Positions 13,949-27,341 are shown, numbered from the stretch's first letter. The stretch: DNA of 64,000 bases from Dipteris shenzhenensis (GCA_047967505.1 CM106538.1), one strand, 5' to 3'. Numbers and translations: made by a program. The notes: generated from the letters alone by a model not told the origin.

Positions 13949-15250
13949 TTTTTTTTTTGCGAAATCAAAAGTGTAAAAGTAAAGATCAGCCTCCTAAAAT
14001 AGGAAGGCAATCACATAGAGACATCAATTGACCAAGTAAACTTGGCAAAAGAGAACATTTTTCTTCCCAAAAACTCTAAAAGGTGTATTTAAGTCTTCAA
14101 GAAGTACGAAGTTAGCATGAAAATATATTTTGAAGGCCAAACTATTCAAAGATGTTGAATTACCATAGCCCTAATCAATTGCCACGCTTCAATAAGGGCA
14201 TCATTTAGATTACCCCTGTCACTGAGCAATGCTTGCTTCCAAGACAAAAAAATGTATATACAGGTATCCCCAAACCATTTGCATACTTTCCTCCACACAG
14301 TCCGAATAGCTCAACACTCCCACAAGATGTAAATGTGTGTCTCCTTTTAACCCTTACACAAAGCACACAATCCCAAGATAGTTGTATAAATGGTAAGGCT
14401 ATGGGTGAATGTAAATCTTTTCTAATGAGGAGTAAGAATGTCTTCCCATGTTGGAGAACTAGAGCACCCTTGGATTCGAGGGCTATATCTGTGGTCTTCT
14501 CACATATCTTTCCTACCTTTGTGCCTTATATTTAGGAGTGAAATGGAGTTGTGTTGACATTGGCAAACTAGTTGAAGTTAGCTGCACTATTAGGTGAGCT
14601 TTTTTTGGTCCTGTCCAACTGATATTGAAGGTTGTTTGCACCGAAAGATTTCCTAATAGCAACTTCACACACAAAGAAGAACATAAAGGGTTAGATGATG
14701 GACCGTTCCCTTACTAAGATGCTATTGTGCAGCCTTGAATTCCATGTGGGAATGAGCATAAGACACTAACATGATATTCCCATGCCATTCTTCTCTTGTG
14801 TGAGCTTTATGGTGCAAGGGATGCTGATTGAAATGCATATCTCATTCCCCCATGTGTACTCCCTACAACCTTCCATTCTTCACACTCAGACTCAACTTGC
14901 TTCACCTACTGGAGCACGTACAACCATTGCAAATGACCTTGTAGCATGCTTGGTGACCGGTTTCAAAGCTCTTCTATTCTAGGGAATCGGCCAAAAGCGG
15001 AGACCTTCTCTTCCCCACTTTGGAGGCGAGTGCGATGGGGTAGGGGAGGGCCATGGGGAGGACTTTCTTGGGAGGAATCTAGTGAGATTCGTGTGATCGA
15101 TCGAAAGCTAGAAGCAAAATCCCACTGAATTTCAACCAAGAAAGGCCAATGCGTGGCCCTTCTCGCCGTCCATCTAGGAGGCACGAGGTAGGGTTGCTGT
15201 CCTATGTGCAATGGATGCATGGCAAGTTTGTCCACCATGACATGTCTTGC
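13949..15250 (-). mobile_element. Degenerate L1-like LINE 3' fragment ending in poly(A)
   Basis: zf-RVT-like CALCKG*KETHIYILWEC*AIRTVWRKVCKWF at ~14367-14275; A10 tail on minus (T run 13949-13958); 5' boundary uncertain. Confidence 0.55.
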
Positions 15251-17166
15251 ATGGCATTGTTGGTCGTGTCAACGGCAGTGGAGAACACCTCCTCGTGTCA
15301 ATGCGGCTGTTGGATTTTGAATGTGGGTGTCTTTTACATTAGTGGCCCTTTAGACTGAGTCCTTTGCATGTCCATTGTTGGAAGTTCTTGGAGCTTGAGG
15401 TATTGCCTTGCAGATCGATGACATGGAGGAGAACCATATGATTTCATTTCAACATATGTTACAGGTCATAAGAGGGCCAAGAGGCATAAGAATAGGTCTT
15501 GCTGGTGAGGTAGTCTCTTGTTGTGTCTCTTACTGGTCATAAGAGGGTAAAGAGTTTGATAAAATATGATAGGACTGAGTCTATTGCTGTGTCTCTTCTG
15601 TTGCTATGCGAGTAACAGGTCATAAGAGGGCTAAGAGTTTGATGAAGTATGATAGGACCGAGTTTGTTAATGTTAACACTGCTCTTGAATTAGCTGCTAA
15701 TCCTCATGATGAACATGGTTCTTCGAGGAATTGTGATGAGGCTTTCGAAAAGAATATGTAGTTTTATTGTAGCAGGGTTGATGGTGTGATTTGTAGAGGC
15801 TGCAAAGATGTTCGAGCTTCTAGTGGAGTTGTTGTGTGTGGAGACAGTATAGATCTTTCTGGTAGTGGTTCTGATGTTACAAATGTTATTGGCGGGGCTT
15901 CATTTGCTGTTGCTACTGCGGTTTCTGTTGGTTTGGGTGAATGTACTTCGAGAGGTGGAGATTATGTTCTTTTTGATTCAGTTGGTGTTTCTGTGAGCAG
16001 TGTTCTATTGCTATGGTTCTTGCAGCATCGGTTGGTGTTTCTTTGAGCGACGGTTCTACTGGTTCGGTTCTTGTGGTGTCAGTGGTGGAGGTTATTGGTG
16101 GTTCTTTCTGGGCTTCTAGTGGTTGTGGCATTTGTGGTGAGATTTCTAGTAGGGATTGTTCTGTGGTTCAGTATACTTTTGGTTTTTGTGATTTGCTTGG
16201 TGGTGTTGATGAGGATGCTCTTGTGAAGATGAGCGACGTCAGTTGGATAGAAGAGCTATAATGAATAGTAAGGGTGGTGGTTCTCTGATTTTCGGTGGAG
16301 TTTTCAAAGATTGCGTCTTTAATTTTAATGTGGATGGACCTTCCATTGTGAAGAAGGATTGATTCTTACTACTTAGGAAGATGAATGATTTTGGAATTTT
16401 GTATCTGATGTAGCAGCTTGTCCGGTGGACTATGAAATGTTAATGGATGTAGCCGGTTGTCTGGTGGATTATAAGTTTTTTGATAATAAAGATAGGGTTT
16501 TGTTTTTCTTATTGGTGGAAATTTAATTATGTTTTTATTTAGGTATAGGTTTGAATTTTTAATTGTTGAGTTGTCAATCATTTGATTGGTTTGATTCTAA
16601 TTCTGGGAATAGTTGTCAGCTTGTAGTGGTTAGTTTTGGGTTTCCGGTGGGTTAGCGGCCGGATTTGGAACTTAGGTAAATGGAAGTCCGGCTAAGATTT
16701 GATCTCTGAGCCGACGAGCGATGGTGAAGATTACGAGGGAAAATGTGCAAATTTTCGTGTCCGAATGAGAAAACCGGGGGAAGCGATATGGTCATGGGGG
16801 AGGTCGTTGGGTTCGATGTGTGAAGAGGAAACGGAAGGCGCCGCTAAAGCTAGCGGCGAGCTAACGGAGGTCTTTTTTTTTTTTTTTGGGTTTTCTCAGA
16901 GAAGAATAAGGAGGACTTTTTACTTACCCTCCATATTTCGTTTCTTTCTAACTCAGTTCTCCTCCACGACAGCTGTGTGCTCCATCTCCCATTTCTCTTC
17001 CTTCCCACCTCGTCTAGGGTTTCCCTCCATCTCTGCTTCAGCACCCCAGCCCATAGCTTGGAACCAAGATCCCTTTCCTTTCATCATGAACTTCTGAATT
17101 TATGGTTTTTCCTTCATTATCTCCCTCGCAGGTTCCCGTACATACTTCTCTCTGATCCCTCTTCCC

Positions 17167-17361
17167 ATGGGTTTTTCATCTGCCCATGCCTCAGTATGCC
17201 TCTCTTTCCTCTGCTTCCTCGTTTTGACGATTTGTTACAACGCGCGCGCTTCACCCCTTTGCCGCAAGTATAGCCTTGAAGACGACATATTGATTCAAGA
17301 TAACCAGTGTTTGCCTGATGGGAGTCGGGACCACGGTAGCCCCACATCGAGAGTTTCAGAG
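17167..17361 (+). CDS. APRL: 5'-adenylylsulfate reductase-like (thioredoxin/PDI-like) protein, exon 1 (signal peptide)
   Basis: ATG 17167, hydrophobic leader VCLSFLCFLVLTIC, donor GAG|GTAAAT at 17362; 195 nt, phase 0. Confidence 0.88.
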
Positions 17362-17441
17362 GTAAATTTTACATCTTTGGTTGCGTTCTCTCTGTTGTCG
17401 GCGTTTCCTCCCTTTTAATTATATATTTACCCTTTTGTCAG

Positions 17442-17629
17442 GTGAATGGTGCAACCCTTGAAAGAGCTCTGAGTTTGCTTCAGAGTCAAAACGACCCTTA
17501 CATTGCCGTGCTTTTCTACGCGGAATGGTGTCCCTTTTCCAGGGCCTTACGACCGATGTTTGACAATATCTCCACCGCTTTTCCCGGAATCTATCATTTC
17601 GCCGTGGAGGATTCCGCCCTTCGGCCAAG
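17442..17629 (+). CDS. APRL: APRL exon 2 (thioredoxin-like domain, WCPFS)
   Basis: Acceptor TTTTGTCAG|, AVLFYAEWCPFS signature, donor AG|GTATTC at 17630. Confidence 0.93.
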
Positions 17630-18394
17630 GTATTCGCTCAACTTGGAATGAATGTTTCTTTCCCGTTTCGTTGAGCAGTAATGGTGATATCCTTGACTGT
17701 GGCTGTATTTCATGAACGTTCCACCATAGGAGGTTGTCAGCGGTTTCTTTCAGTTGTTCATTTGCTTGAGGCTATGGTCCCGTCTCGTACCGTTCTGTTA
17801 TAACTGTTTACCACGTGCCTAAACGGGAATCCTTCGGTGTCAGCGACCGAATTGCAAGGCATTATGTTATTTTTTGCAATAGAAAATTGCAGAGCCTTTG
17901 CAATTATTGAGTTCAGAGGGCGCATTCCATGCTTAAGAGAGATGCTTAATAGAAGTCGGTTTGGGAAAGTAATAGACATGGTTTGCTCCCCAAAAATGTT
18001 TAGGCATTGATTGTAAGTGACTTTGGGAAAATGCTCAGCTTTTGTAATTACCAAATTGCTGTCGGATATGGATAGTTAAGCGCTTGACAGAATGCTTACA
18101 AAGGTGCTTGAGCTGGTATTGAAAGGTACCCAAATAGCGTTCTTTTATGTCCTCCAATCCCAATCTAAACCTAATCACATCCGTAGCAGTCCTTAGTAAT
18201 AAACAGCGATGGGACCTCCCCACCACCCGTGAGTGCATGGGGACAAACTTAGACTCGATCCAAATACCTATGTCAAAGACCTTGGCGTCCCATACCACGA
18301 AAGCCTGTCCGTAAGGAACCCACAACACCTTGCATCTACCATGAGTGCTGGTTGATGATCCAAGCCTGACCATCCTCTTGACTAGCGCGGTAAC

Positions 18395-18490
18395 ATGCCT
18401 CCCCTCTTCAAGCATTTGCTCCTAAAAGAATCGAGGTAAGTTCTTCGTTAGACTGGCAACTGACTCCCAAGTTAAGTCTTCCTTATGCCT
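18395..18490 (-). mobile_element. 3' end remnant of a chromovirus (chromodomain tail, PPT, LTR start)
   Basis: Minus translation EDLTWES..LPRFF*EQMLEEGRHVT; purine tract GAAGAGGGGAGG (18409-18398) followed by TGTTAC at 18395. Confidence 0.55.
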
Positions 18491-21400
18491 TGTTGGAAAG
18501 GTCACCTCCCCATTTGTATTCCAATATGAGGAGAGCGCGGGGGAGGGAGACCTAGGGCAGGACATGCCCAGAGGAAAGAACGTGGAGAGGGGGCTGCCAC
18601 ATGGGCAGTACCTCATAGGAAAAGAAAGAAAGGGGCTGCCACATGGACAGCATCATGGCTGTCATGTGGGCAGCACATCTAGAGAAGTACCTGGATCCAT
18701 CTGGGAGTATGGATCAGCACCATGGAAGAGGTGACTGGCAGAAGCAGGTCCAGGAGCAGATCAGTGACGATTTGGAGCTCCAGACAGAGGCGGAGTGGCT
18801 GAATGATGGCGACACATGGCGGCTGACCTCAGTAGCAGTACAGACCAGTACGAAAGATGCACACGTGGCTGGAGAGAGCCTGGCAGAGGGCAGATTCAGC
18901 AGGAGCACATGGCGCAGCATGGCGGTGGTTTGTGGGCAGGTGTACAGCCTGCAATAGGGTCTCCAGCAGCAGCAAAGGGCAGCCTAGCAGCAGCCCAAAA
19001 GGGCCTGGCTAGGGCCCTTATATAGGGCTGGTTGAGCCAGCCAACCAGGCCGACTAGCAGGTTGGCTGGTTAGGGTTGGGCCAGCCAACCAAGTCGGCCA
19101 GAGGGGGTCGGTTCATCCCCCTGCCGGGTCGGCCATTTCTCAGGGCCCTATGGGCCTATAAAAGAGGGCACTTGGGACTCCATTACTCATCACTTGGAGC
19201 AGCTTTTGAGGAGCAGAAAGGAGCAGCACCAGCAGCAGCAGTTGGGTCTCATCCTGGAGGTGAACCTGGCTGGAGACCTGCAGACTTAGCTCACTCAGAG
19301 TGTAAGATTTGGGGGAGAGAGAGAGCAAGAGAGTGAGCTGAGAGCTGAAAGCTTGAAAGCTTAGTTGCAATGAAGAGTGTGAGAGTACAACTGAAAGAGT
19401 GAGAGATAAGGTTTTGTCCTAGTGACAAAACTTTAGTAGTCACTAACCATAGTTAGTGAACTAACTGCGGTTAGGGGGAAAAACCTCTTAAAGAGGGAAA
19501 AGTGCCCCTAACTAGCTTATTAAATTACATTGGTCACTGCTGAATTATATCTATAATTCTTAGCACCCCCCTGCAGTGCCAATGTCATGTACAAGGCTGA
19601 TCAATCACCAAACGGATATAAGTTCAGGGCACTGCGAAATGCCTCAAACTTTTCACGTGGTAGTGCTTTGGTGAAAATATCTGCAACGTTGTCATGTGTG
19701 GACACAAAGATCATACTGATCTCTCCTGCATGCAACTTCTCTCTGACGTAGCGATAGTGAACCTCAATGTGCTTCGTGCGAGCATGAAACATTGGATTCT
19801 TTGCCACTGCAATGGCACTCTGACTATCAGTGAGAATTGGAGGACCCTCCAATGACATATGAAGATCAGCAAATAGACGATTTGGGGCTGCTTCACATTT
19901 ATTTGGGGATCCAGTTCTCTCAAGAGAGACGTGGCACTGTTATGTCTCAGTCCAAGTATGTGCAGAAAATCTTGGACAGATTTAACATGCATGATTGTAA
20001 GCCCATAGCCACTCCCATGGAGCCGGGGCTGAAACTCACAATGCATGATGCAGGAGAATCAGTTGATGCCACATCTTACAGTCAGGCTGTTGGATGCCTC
20101 ATATATCTCTGCAACACTAGACCTGATATTCAGTTTGCAGTATCTCAGGTGAGCAAGTATATGCACAGCCCAAAAACTATGCATTGGCAGGCAGTTAGGC
20201 GCATCTTCCGTTATTTGTAGGGCACGGAGTCTTTTGGCTTGTTATTTCCCATGGGGGGTGACTTGCAGATGCATGCCTACAGTGATTCAGATTGGGCTGG
20301 TGATTATGACACTATGCAGTCCACTAGTGGCAATTGTTTCTTTTTGGGTAAATCTTGCATTTCCTGGCTGAGCAAGAAACAATCTACAGTGGCTACCTCA
20401 TCATGTGAAGCTGAGTACAGGGCAGCTTTCGCAGAACAGTTGAATGTGTTTGGCTGCAAATCAGCTTTGAAATCTGCAATATTATCTTCATTGGACCCTG
20501 TGAGCAGTAAGTCATCGACATAAAAAAGGATGACTAAAATTTCCCCCCCATCCATCTTGATGTAGAGGGTGCTCTCAGTAGGACTATTGTGCAGCCCCTT
20601 GCTGGTCAAAAAGGCATGAATCTTGGCATACTATGCACGAGGGGCCTGTTTCAGACCATACAAAGCTTTGTTTAGCTTGCATGCTTGAAGTGCATTTGTT
20701 GTAATTTCAAAGCCTGGAGGTTGTTTGACATAAACCTCTTCCAACAAGTCTCCATTTAAGAAGGCTGTTTTTATGTCCAACTGATGAACATTCCACTCAA
20801 AATGTGCCATTGCAATAATAGATTGGATGGTGGTCATCCGGGATGTAGGAGCAAAAGTCTCCTCATAATCTATGCCCTTTTTCTGAGCATAGCCTTTAGC
20901 AACCAGCCTTGCCCTGTATCTGTCAATGGAGCCATCTGGCTTCCGTTTCACCTTGAAAACCCATCGTGTGCCAATGGCATGTTTACCTGGTGGCAAGTCT
21001 ACAATATCCCAAGTCTGATTTTTCTTAATGGACTGCAACTCATCGTGCATCGCATTCATCCAATGCACATTGTCCTTTGCTTCTTCGAATGTTGCAGGCT
21101 GCTCCTCATCGAGAAGAGTACTTGCATATGCTGATTCCATTGAATTAACACCTTCCATGTGCCTTGCTGCACTGCGAGTCCTGCCAGGGAATGGAACATC
21201 AATCTTACTCTCCCTGAGAGTCTGTAACAGCCAGTTTGGGACTGTTTTTGCTGCATGTATGTCTGCAATTTCTTGCTGAACGACCCGTTCCACTGCCTGT
21301 GGAGGTGGCAAGACATCTTGTGGCTGAACTGGAGCATCGGGAGGTGGCTGTAAATTCTGATTTGCATCAGAAATATCAGCAGGGGAACCCAAGGCAATGG

Positions 21401-22977
21401 GTAGCAACCCCTCAAAAACATCCTCTGAAGAAGAAGGCATATGAAATTCAGCCTGAGTGTGAGCTGAATTTTCTGCAAATATCACATCTCTATTGACAAT
21501 GATCTTGCGTGTAGCAAGATTGTAGAGATGGTACCCCTTGCTTTCTGCAATGTACTCAACAAATATGCACTTAATTGCCTTATCTGACAACTTATGCCGA
21601 AATTCAACTGGCACATGAGCATATGCAAGGCATCCAAAGACTCGGAAATGATCCACTGAAGGCTTTCTCCCATTCCAGACCTCATAGGGAGTTTTTGTTC
21701 TCAAAGCCTTAGTGGGAGCCCGATTTAAGATGTAGTTGGCGCACATCAGACCTTCAAGCCAGAATTTGTGAGGCATGTGTTTGCTTTTCAGCATACATCT
21801 GTCCATCTCCATAAGATCTCTCAGCTTTGCCATTTTGCTGAGGGGTCAGCCTCACTGTGAGCTGATGCACAATACCTATGCCTTTCAGAAAAGCATCAAA
21901 AAGTGCAGACAAGTATTCCCCACCTCTATCTGTGCGCAATGTCTGTATCTTGAGTCTAGTTTCATTTTCAACCATGGCTGAAAAGTGTTTAAACACCATG
22001 AACACTTCTGATTTGCGCTTCAGCCCAAAGACCCAAGTGAAATTGGAGTAATCATGAATAAAAGTAACAAAGTAGAGATGACCACCCAATGATGGAGTCC
22101 TCATGGGACCACAGACATCACTGTGTATAAGCTGTAATTTGCGGACAGCTTTAATTGAACCATCCTTTTTGAAGGGGAATCTATGCATCTTGCCTAAAAT
22201 GCACCCTTCACAGGCATGTGGAGGAGGTATCTCAAGAGGTGGCAATGCATCAACCGTAGAGTGCTTCTGAAGTGTCATCAAGCTGTTGGCCATATCGGGC
22301 ATGCCATAATTTTGCATTCTGCATGGCAACAGTAGGAGTAGAAACTGCAAGAGCATGGGCTGCTCTTTTCTCAAAAAGATCAAGCTGAAAAAGCCCATGT
22401 CTCAGGGAATGCGAGATTGGAAGGAATGGGCCCTCTTCGAAGGCAGAAGGGGAAGTTTGGGTGCTTCTTCAAATCTCTAACTCAGATTGTTGGAAGGTGA
22501 TGGACAAGGTGTTCTAAAGCTAGAAGAGTACTTGCTTGAGAGCTTAGTGAGAGTTCGTGGTCTAGGTTATTTGGAGATATTCTTGGGATTTCATTTTTGG
22601 AGATGGTTCTTTTGTTGCGGACCTTGCCAAAGGAAGGACGGGTTGAAACAGACCCTAAGAGTATGGTGCTTGGAAGACTTCAGGTTGTTTACTCATTATG
22701 AGGGGGACAACTGGGAGATCGTGGCGTTTGGATTGCTTGAGTTCAAAGGCGGGAATGTGACTGAAGTTGGAGGTGCCATCAGGTGTTACCATGGATGGAC
22801 TTGTGTACTAGGATGGTTTGCTTGTGCAGGACCGGACCTGGTAGAGCAGGAGCCATTGGTTGAAAACATAGGAACCGTAATTAACATCGAATTGTCCCAG
22901 AGGGTTCCATCATGGGACTCCTAGGCTATTCTATCAGTCTTTCACTGTGCGTACCCTCTGTTGGTTGATTTCCAACA
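18491..22977 (+). repeat. Solo-LTR-like sequence of family A, split by a copia insertion (halves 18491-19300 and ~22405-22977)
   Basis: Starts TGTTGGAAAGGTCACCTCCCC as at 40605 and 42711; ends TACCCTCTGTTGGTTGATTTCCAACA, like the 41816 end; TATA-like CCTATAAAA ~19155; no TSD found. Confidence 0.7.
19301..22404 (-). mobile_element. 5'-truncated Ty1/copia element (integrase-RT-RNaseH, 3' LTR 19301-19565) with internal inversion
   Basis: HSDVCGP, LRTDRGGEY, PQQNGKAER, YRARLVAKGY, QLDIKTAFLNG, LYGLKQAPRA, YVDDLL, ARTKHIEV, ADIFTKAL; G-tract PPT at 19566-19571; LTR TG..CTTACA on minus. Confidence 0.93.
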
Positions 22978-23226
22978 AGTATAGCCGGCAGTAGTTCTAC
23001 AGAATCCCTAACCTCTACACACAATATGCTCTCATTGGATTAGTTCCTCGATAGCTTCTATAGTTAACCCTTTAGTGGAGGACTAAGATGCATGGCTTCT
23101 TCTTTGAGAGACCGGCATTTGTACAAAGGGGTATTTTGGTGATTGCCAGTTTCCCAACCTAAAGAGTAAAGATAGTAGTTAGCATAACCACGAGTATCCA
23201 TGATGTGATGTCTTTTATGCATGAGC

Positions 23227-23231
<5 letters not shown>

Positions 23232-23259
<28 letters not shown>
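23232..23259. repeat. (TC)n microsatellite
   Basis: Visible dinucleotide run. Confidence 0.95.
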
Positions 23260-23261
<2 letters not shown>

Positions 23262-24149
23262 CCAGACGGCATTCCATGCTTCCGCACTAAGTAGTTAGGA
23301 TGTGCGTAGTTAGTGAGAGTATTCAGGCACCGTGCTACGTAATGTTACCCCACATTACTAGTGTAGTAACATACGATGCTTTTGATATCCTATTTATACG
23401 AGATCTTACAAATCTACAAATCTCCAATACTTGTTTGGAAGCTTACAAATCTCAAAGAGTGAGCATGATGGAGGAGTGATCACGATCTAGGAGCGATTGC
23501 CTGACGAAGGTAGTTGGCAAGGTTGCTTGTGATCAGATATAGCACGCTCTGTTGTGTGCTGATGCTTTGCTTGTAGCATATTATGCTTGCGACATGTTGG
23601 AATCTTATTAAGCCACAGTGCTATTGGCAGTATTTCATGTGTACAAAAGCTTACATATCTATAGCACATGAAGCTTGTGCAAGCAGATCTATGTGCAACT
23701 ACCATTTCGACAAAAGTTTGTGTAGTATAAATTTTCAAGTATTATGAGCTTACAAATCTAGATAGATGCATGAATTCAACTGTGGATTGTAATATGTTCT
23801 CTTTTAGAAAAAGCCATGCAAGTATTAATTGAACGATAAATCTGTCTGAGATCCATTCATTAAAAAGGGCAATCTTATAATTCTGATGTCCTTGAAGAAT
23901 CTAAGATTTTAATTTTGGGCACATTAACCTTATTTTGAAGAAATACGGTCAAAGGTGTAGCCTTCTGATTAAATACCATAGTATACTAGCCATGCTGTAA
24001 GCAGGCCTTAATCTTTGATGACTGCTGGATAAGCTTGGTACTCGTATGAATGACCTTGGAGTTTCAGCTCTAGAAATATTCCATAAGCTTAATGTCAAGA
24101 CCCAAGTTTTAATAAGGTCACAATGGTGCCCTAGCACATACTTAATGGG

Positions 24150-24467
24150 GTGGTAGGGACACCATAGATACACAAGAGCATCAGAATGCTTTCTTTTGCA
24201 TTCAGTGTAGCCATGTTTGACAGGCGAGCTGTGTGGCTGTTTTTTAATTAACATCCTTAAACCAACAAACCAATTTGTTACGGAAACTTAAATTAGAGTG
24301 AAACTTAAATTTGAGTGGTAGGGACACCATAGATACACAAGAGCATCAGAATGCTTTCCTTTGCATTCACTGTAGCCATCTTTGATAGGCGAGCTATGTG
24401 GCTATTTTTTAATAAAAAGCCTTAAACCAACAAACTATTTTGTTACGGAAACTTACATTAGAGTGAA
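24150..24467. repeat. Tandem duplication, 165-bp period
   Basis: GTGGTAGGGACACCATAGATACACAAGAGCATCAGAATGC at 24150 and 24315, similarity continuing to TTAGAGTGAA. Confidence 0.9.
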
Positions 24468-26810
24468 GCTCTATTTAGACCTGTATCTGATTATTAGATA
24501 GTTATGGGACTGTCATGAAAGTATGCTTGATGTTCACAAAAGAACATGTCTTGGTAAAGGATTAGTAACTAGTCATTTGAAGCATAAAAGTAGTAATGGT
24601 TTTGATATAGAGAAGTCTCTATATTGGGCAGAAGTAGAATCACTCTTGAGGAGGTTGACCTTGTTGGAGTTGCAAGAAGGATTGAGTAAGTGAAGCAAAA
24701 GAGAGTGTTTATTCAAGAGAGACAGGCCCAATATATAGGCTCCAGTTACATCTAGTAATGACATCACATGTGAGCTCAGTAGAGCATCTAGATCCACAAA
24801 TCTCTCAATCAGTTCCATGATTCTCTCAAGCACACGCCACACACCTAGATTCACTCAATCACACCTACTGAGCCTATCCAGGCACACCATGTGTTCACAC
24901 ACTCACAACCTTAGACCTTAGGACTCTAGATCCCATTATATCAATTTGTCCTTCATTCCCGTCCACAAATTGATGACCTCAACCCTAGCAGTAGTCCATG
25001 GTAAACTTCATGGCTTGCCTACCTCTAGTAACAACACACATGGTTCACAACCTGGTACTCACTCTAGTTGCATCAGCAGTAGACTCATTTGGGCATCCTC
25101 ATCCCAACATGATCTCACTTTGACTTTGGTTTGCTGGTTTACAATTGGGAGATAGACAATGACTATGCATGGGAATACACTTAGATCCAATAAGGTAACA
25201 CATAAGACTAACAATCATTTGAGGCGGACATCCCAAGGCAGAGAATCCTTATTGATTACACACACAAAAACATTCTAAGTGGAAGATGTGGGGAAATACC
25301 CCCCTTTGATGACATATCTTGTTCTTTTCCTCCTCTTCAAAGCTACCATAGTGTGAGGTTCATTGTCATTGGAGAGGTTCTTGGTGTAGCCAATCTTTTA
25401 ACTCCTTTGCTCTCTGTCCTTCTCTACACTCTCTAATGTATCTTGTCCATATTCTGCAATACAAGATCCTTGTAGTGCTTCACCTTCTGTGAGTGTCCAA
25501 GCCTTAAAAACATTTTGTGAATCATATGGATTGAAGAGGGCCTTACCACTTGTCATGCAAGGGTAGTGTCTACTCTTGTACAAGAGGTGGTCATGATTGT
25601 ATGGCAAGGTATAGTCAACCAAATGCAAGTACATTTCACACATCATGAAAGACACTGAAACCATAACTAAGGCATCTTTAAAATAAGAATCATAATGGTT
25701 GTAGTTGAAACCTTTGTTCCAATCATATCCATTAGTCATGATAAATTCTTCCTTCATGTAACTCTTGTCATGGTCAATCCACACTAGTCAACTCGTTAAC
25801 TAGTCAACAAGATAGTATGACTTGAAATCCACTTCAAAGTATCATAAGCTCAATTCTCAACATAAAAGGTGAAAAATGCATTCAACTAAAACCAGACTGA
25901 CCGGTGAAAGGCAGCTATGGCTTCACGTCAGCGACGGAATTTTATTCTCCAAAGCTCTCCCTCACTCCCTCTCTCTGAACATACACTAGGGCCCAGGACA
26001 AATTGTCGGGCTGGACCCCCTTGAAGGTCTTTATTCATTGCAGAAAAACTGTTACAGAAGTTCAGCATAGAGCTGTCTCGTAAGTCTCTCCTCTTCAAAC
26101 GTGAAAAAAATCCCTTTTACAAGAGCTTCAAGCTCCATTCAAATTGGCAACCTGCCACTTGTCTAAAATCTAGACTAAATCCTATTACAAGCCTCTAAGG
26201 GCCATTCTGGAGTCTTCAAAGCTCTCGGTCACACGAACCGCCTCCTAGATGCTTGTCAGGCTCCCATTTCGCTTAGGAAAAATAATCCTTGCTAGTACCT
26301 GCAACAATTAATTAAAGCGCACCACCATGGTACCCATTAATTGTTAGCGATTTGCATGCAAATAACACACTGTGGACTAATCCTAGTCACGGTGGGCGTT
26401 CCCACTGAACACGTGCACATCTAAACAAATATATATATACAAATAAATATATATATTTTCTCTGGTTGACCGGAGTCAACACTCTTGATTATAATTAAAG
26501 AGCTTTGACCAAAGGTCAAGGCGCCTTAATTATAGCCAGGTCTCTCCAACTGAAGTTGGCACATCTTGGTTAACCGGGGTTAACCCTCTTGGCGCATGCC
26601 AAGTCTTGTTGACCGAAGTCAACACTCTCTGACCGCAGTCAGATTTACTTGACTGGAGTCAAGTATCTTTGACCATAGTCAATACTTCGACCATTAAAAT
26701 AACTCTTTGACCGTAATTAACACATATAAAACTCTTTAATTATGATCAAATAAATGGTCAACTGTACTTTGACTTAGGATATTTACATTGTGGTGACATC
26801 CCCTCGGCTT

Positions 26811-27341
26811 CTATTCAGTTGACCTCAATTGAAAAGCTTCCTTGTAAACACCCAAAAGCTGTGGATGATCGGATAACATGTCTTCGTCCATCCACTTGGC
26901 ATCTAATGTGGGAGATAACTTTGCATACACTTTCTGTTTGCCTTTAAACTTGCGGAGCCTAGCTTTTTCAAACCTCAAAAGTACCCAGTCCCCTTCCTTG
27001 AGATCTAGCTGTCTCCTATGTTTATCTGCAGCTCTTTTATGTTTCTCTTGAGACCTTTCAATTGCTGTCCGGACTTGGCTGTAAGCTGTCTGGAGGTCTC
27101 TTACAAACTGATCAGCTGCAAATATTTCATCTTTAGTCCTCAAAATAGGTGGCAAAATCACCTTCCCATATATGACTTCAAAAGGGGCTTTTCCTGTAGA
27201 GCTATGTACTGTATTATTGTAAGCAAACTCTACTAACGGTAGGTACTTTTCCCAGTCTGAACTTTGGTCACCCACGTAGCATTTCAGCATATCCAAAATG
27301 GTAGAATTTGCTACTTCACTTTGACCATCTGTCTGGGGATG
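26811..27341 (-). pseudogene. Integrase C-terminal part with residual chromodomain tail
   Basis: HPQTDGQSEVAN..WEKYLPLVEFAYNN..PFEVIYG..GDWVLL..KLSP, then directly LDAKWMDEDML. Confidence 0.88.

Noticed and set aside
16699-17097. 132-aa ORF upstream of APRL as an extra gene or exon
   Set aside because: Non-ATG start, runs through poly-T and CT-rich 5' UTR-like sequence, no motifs.
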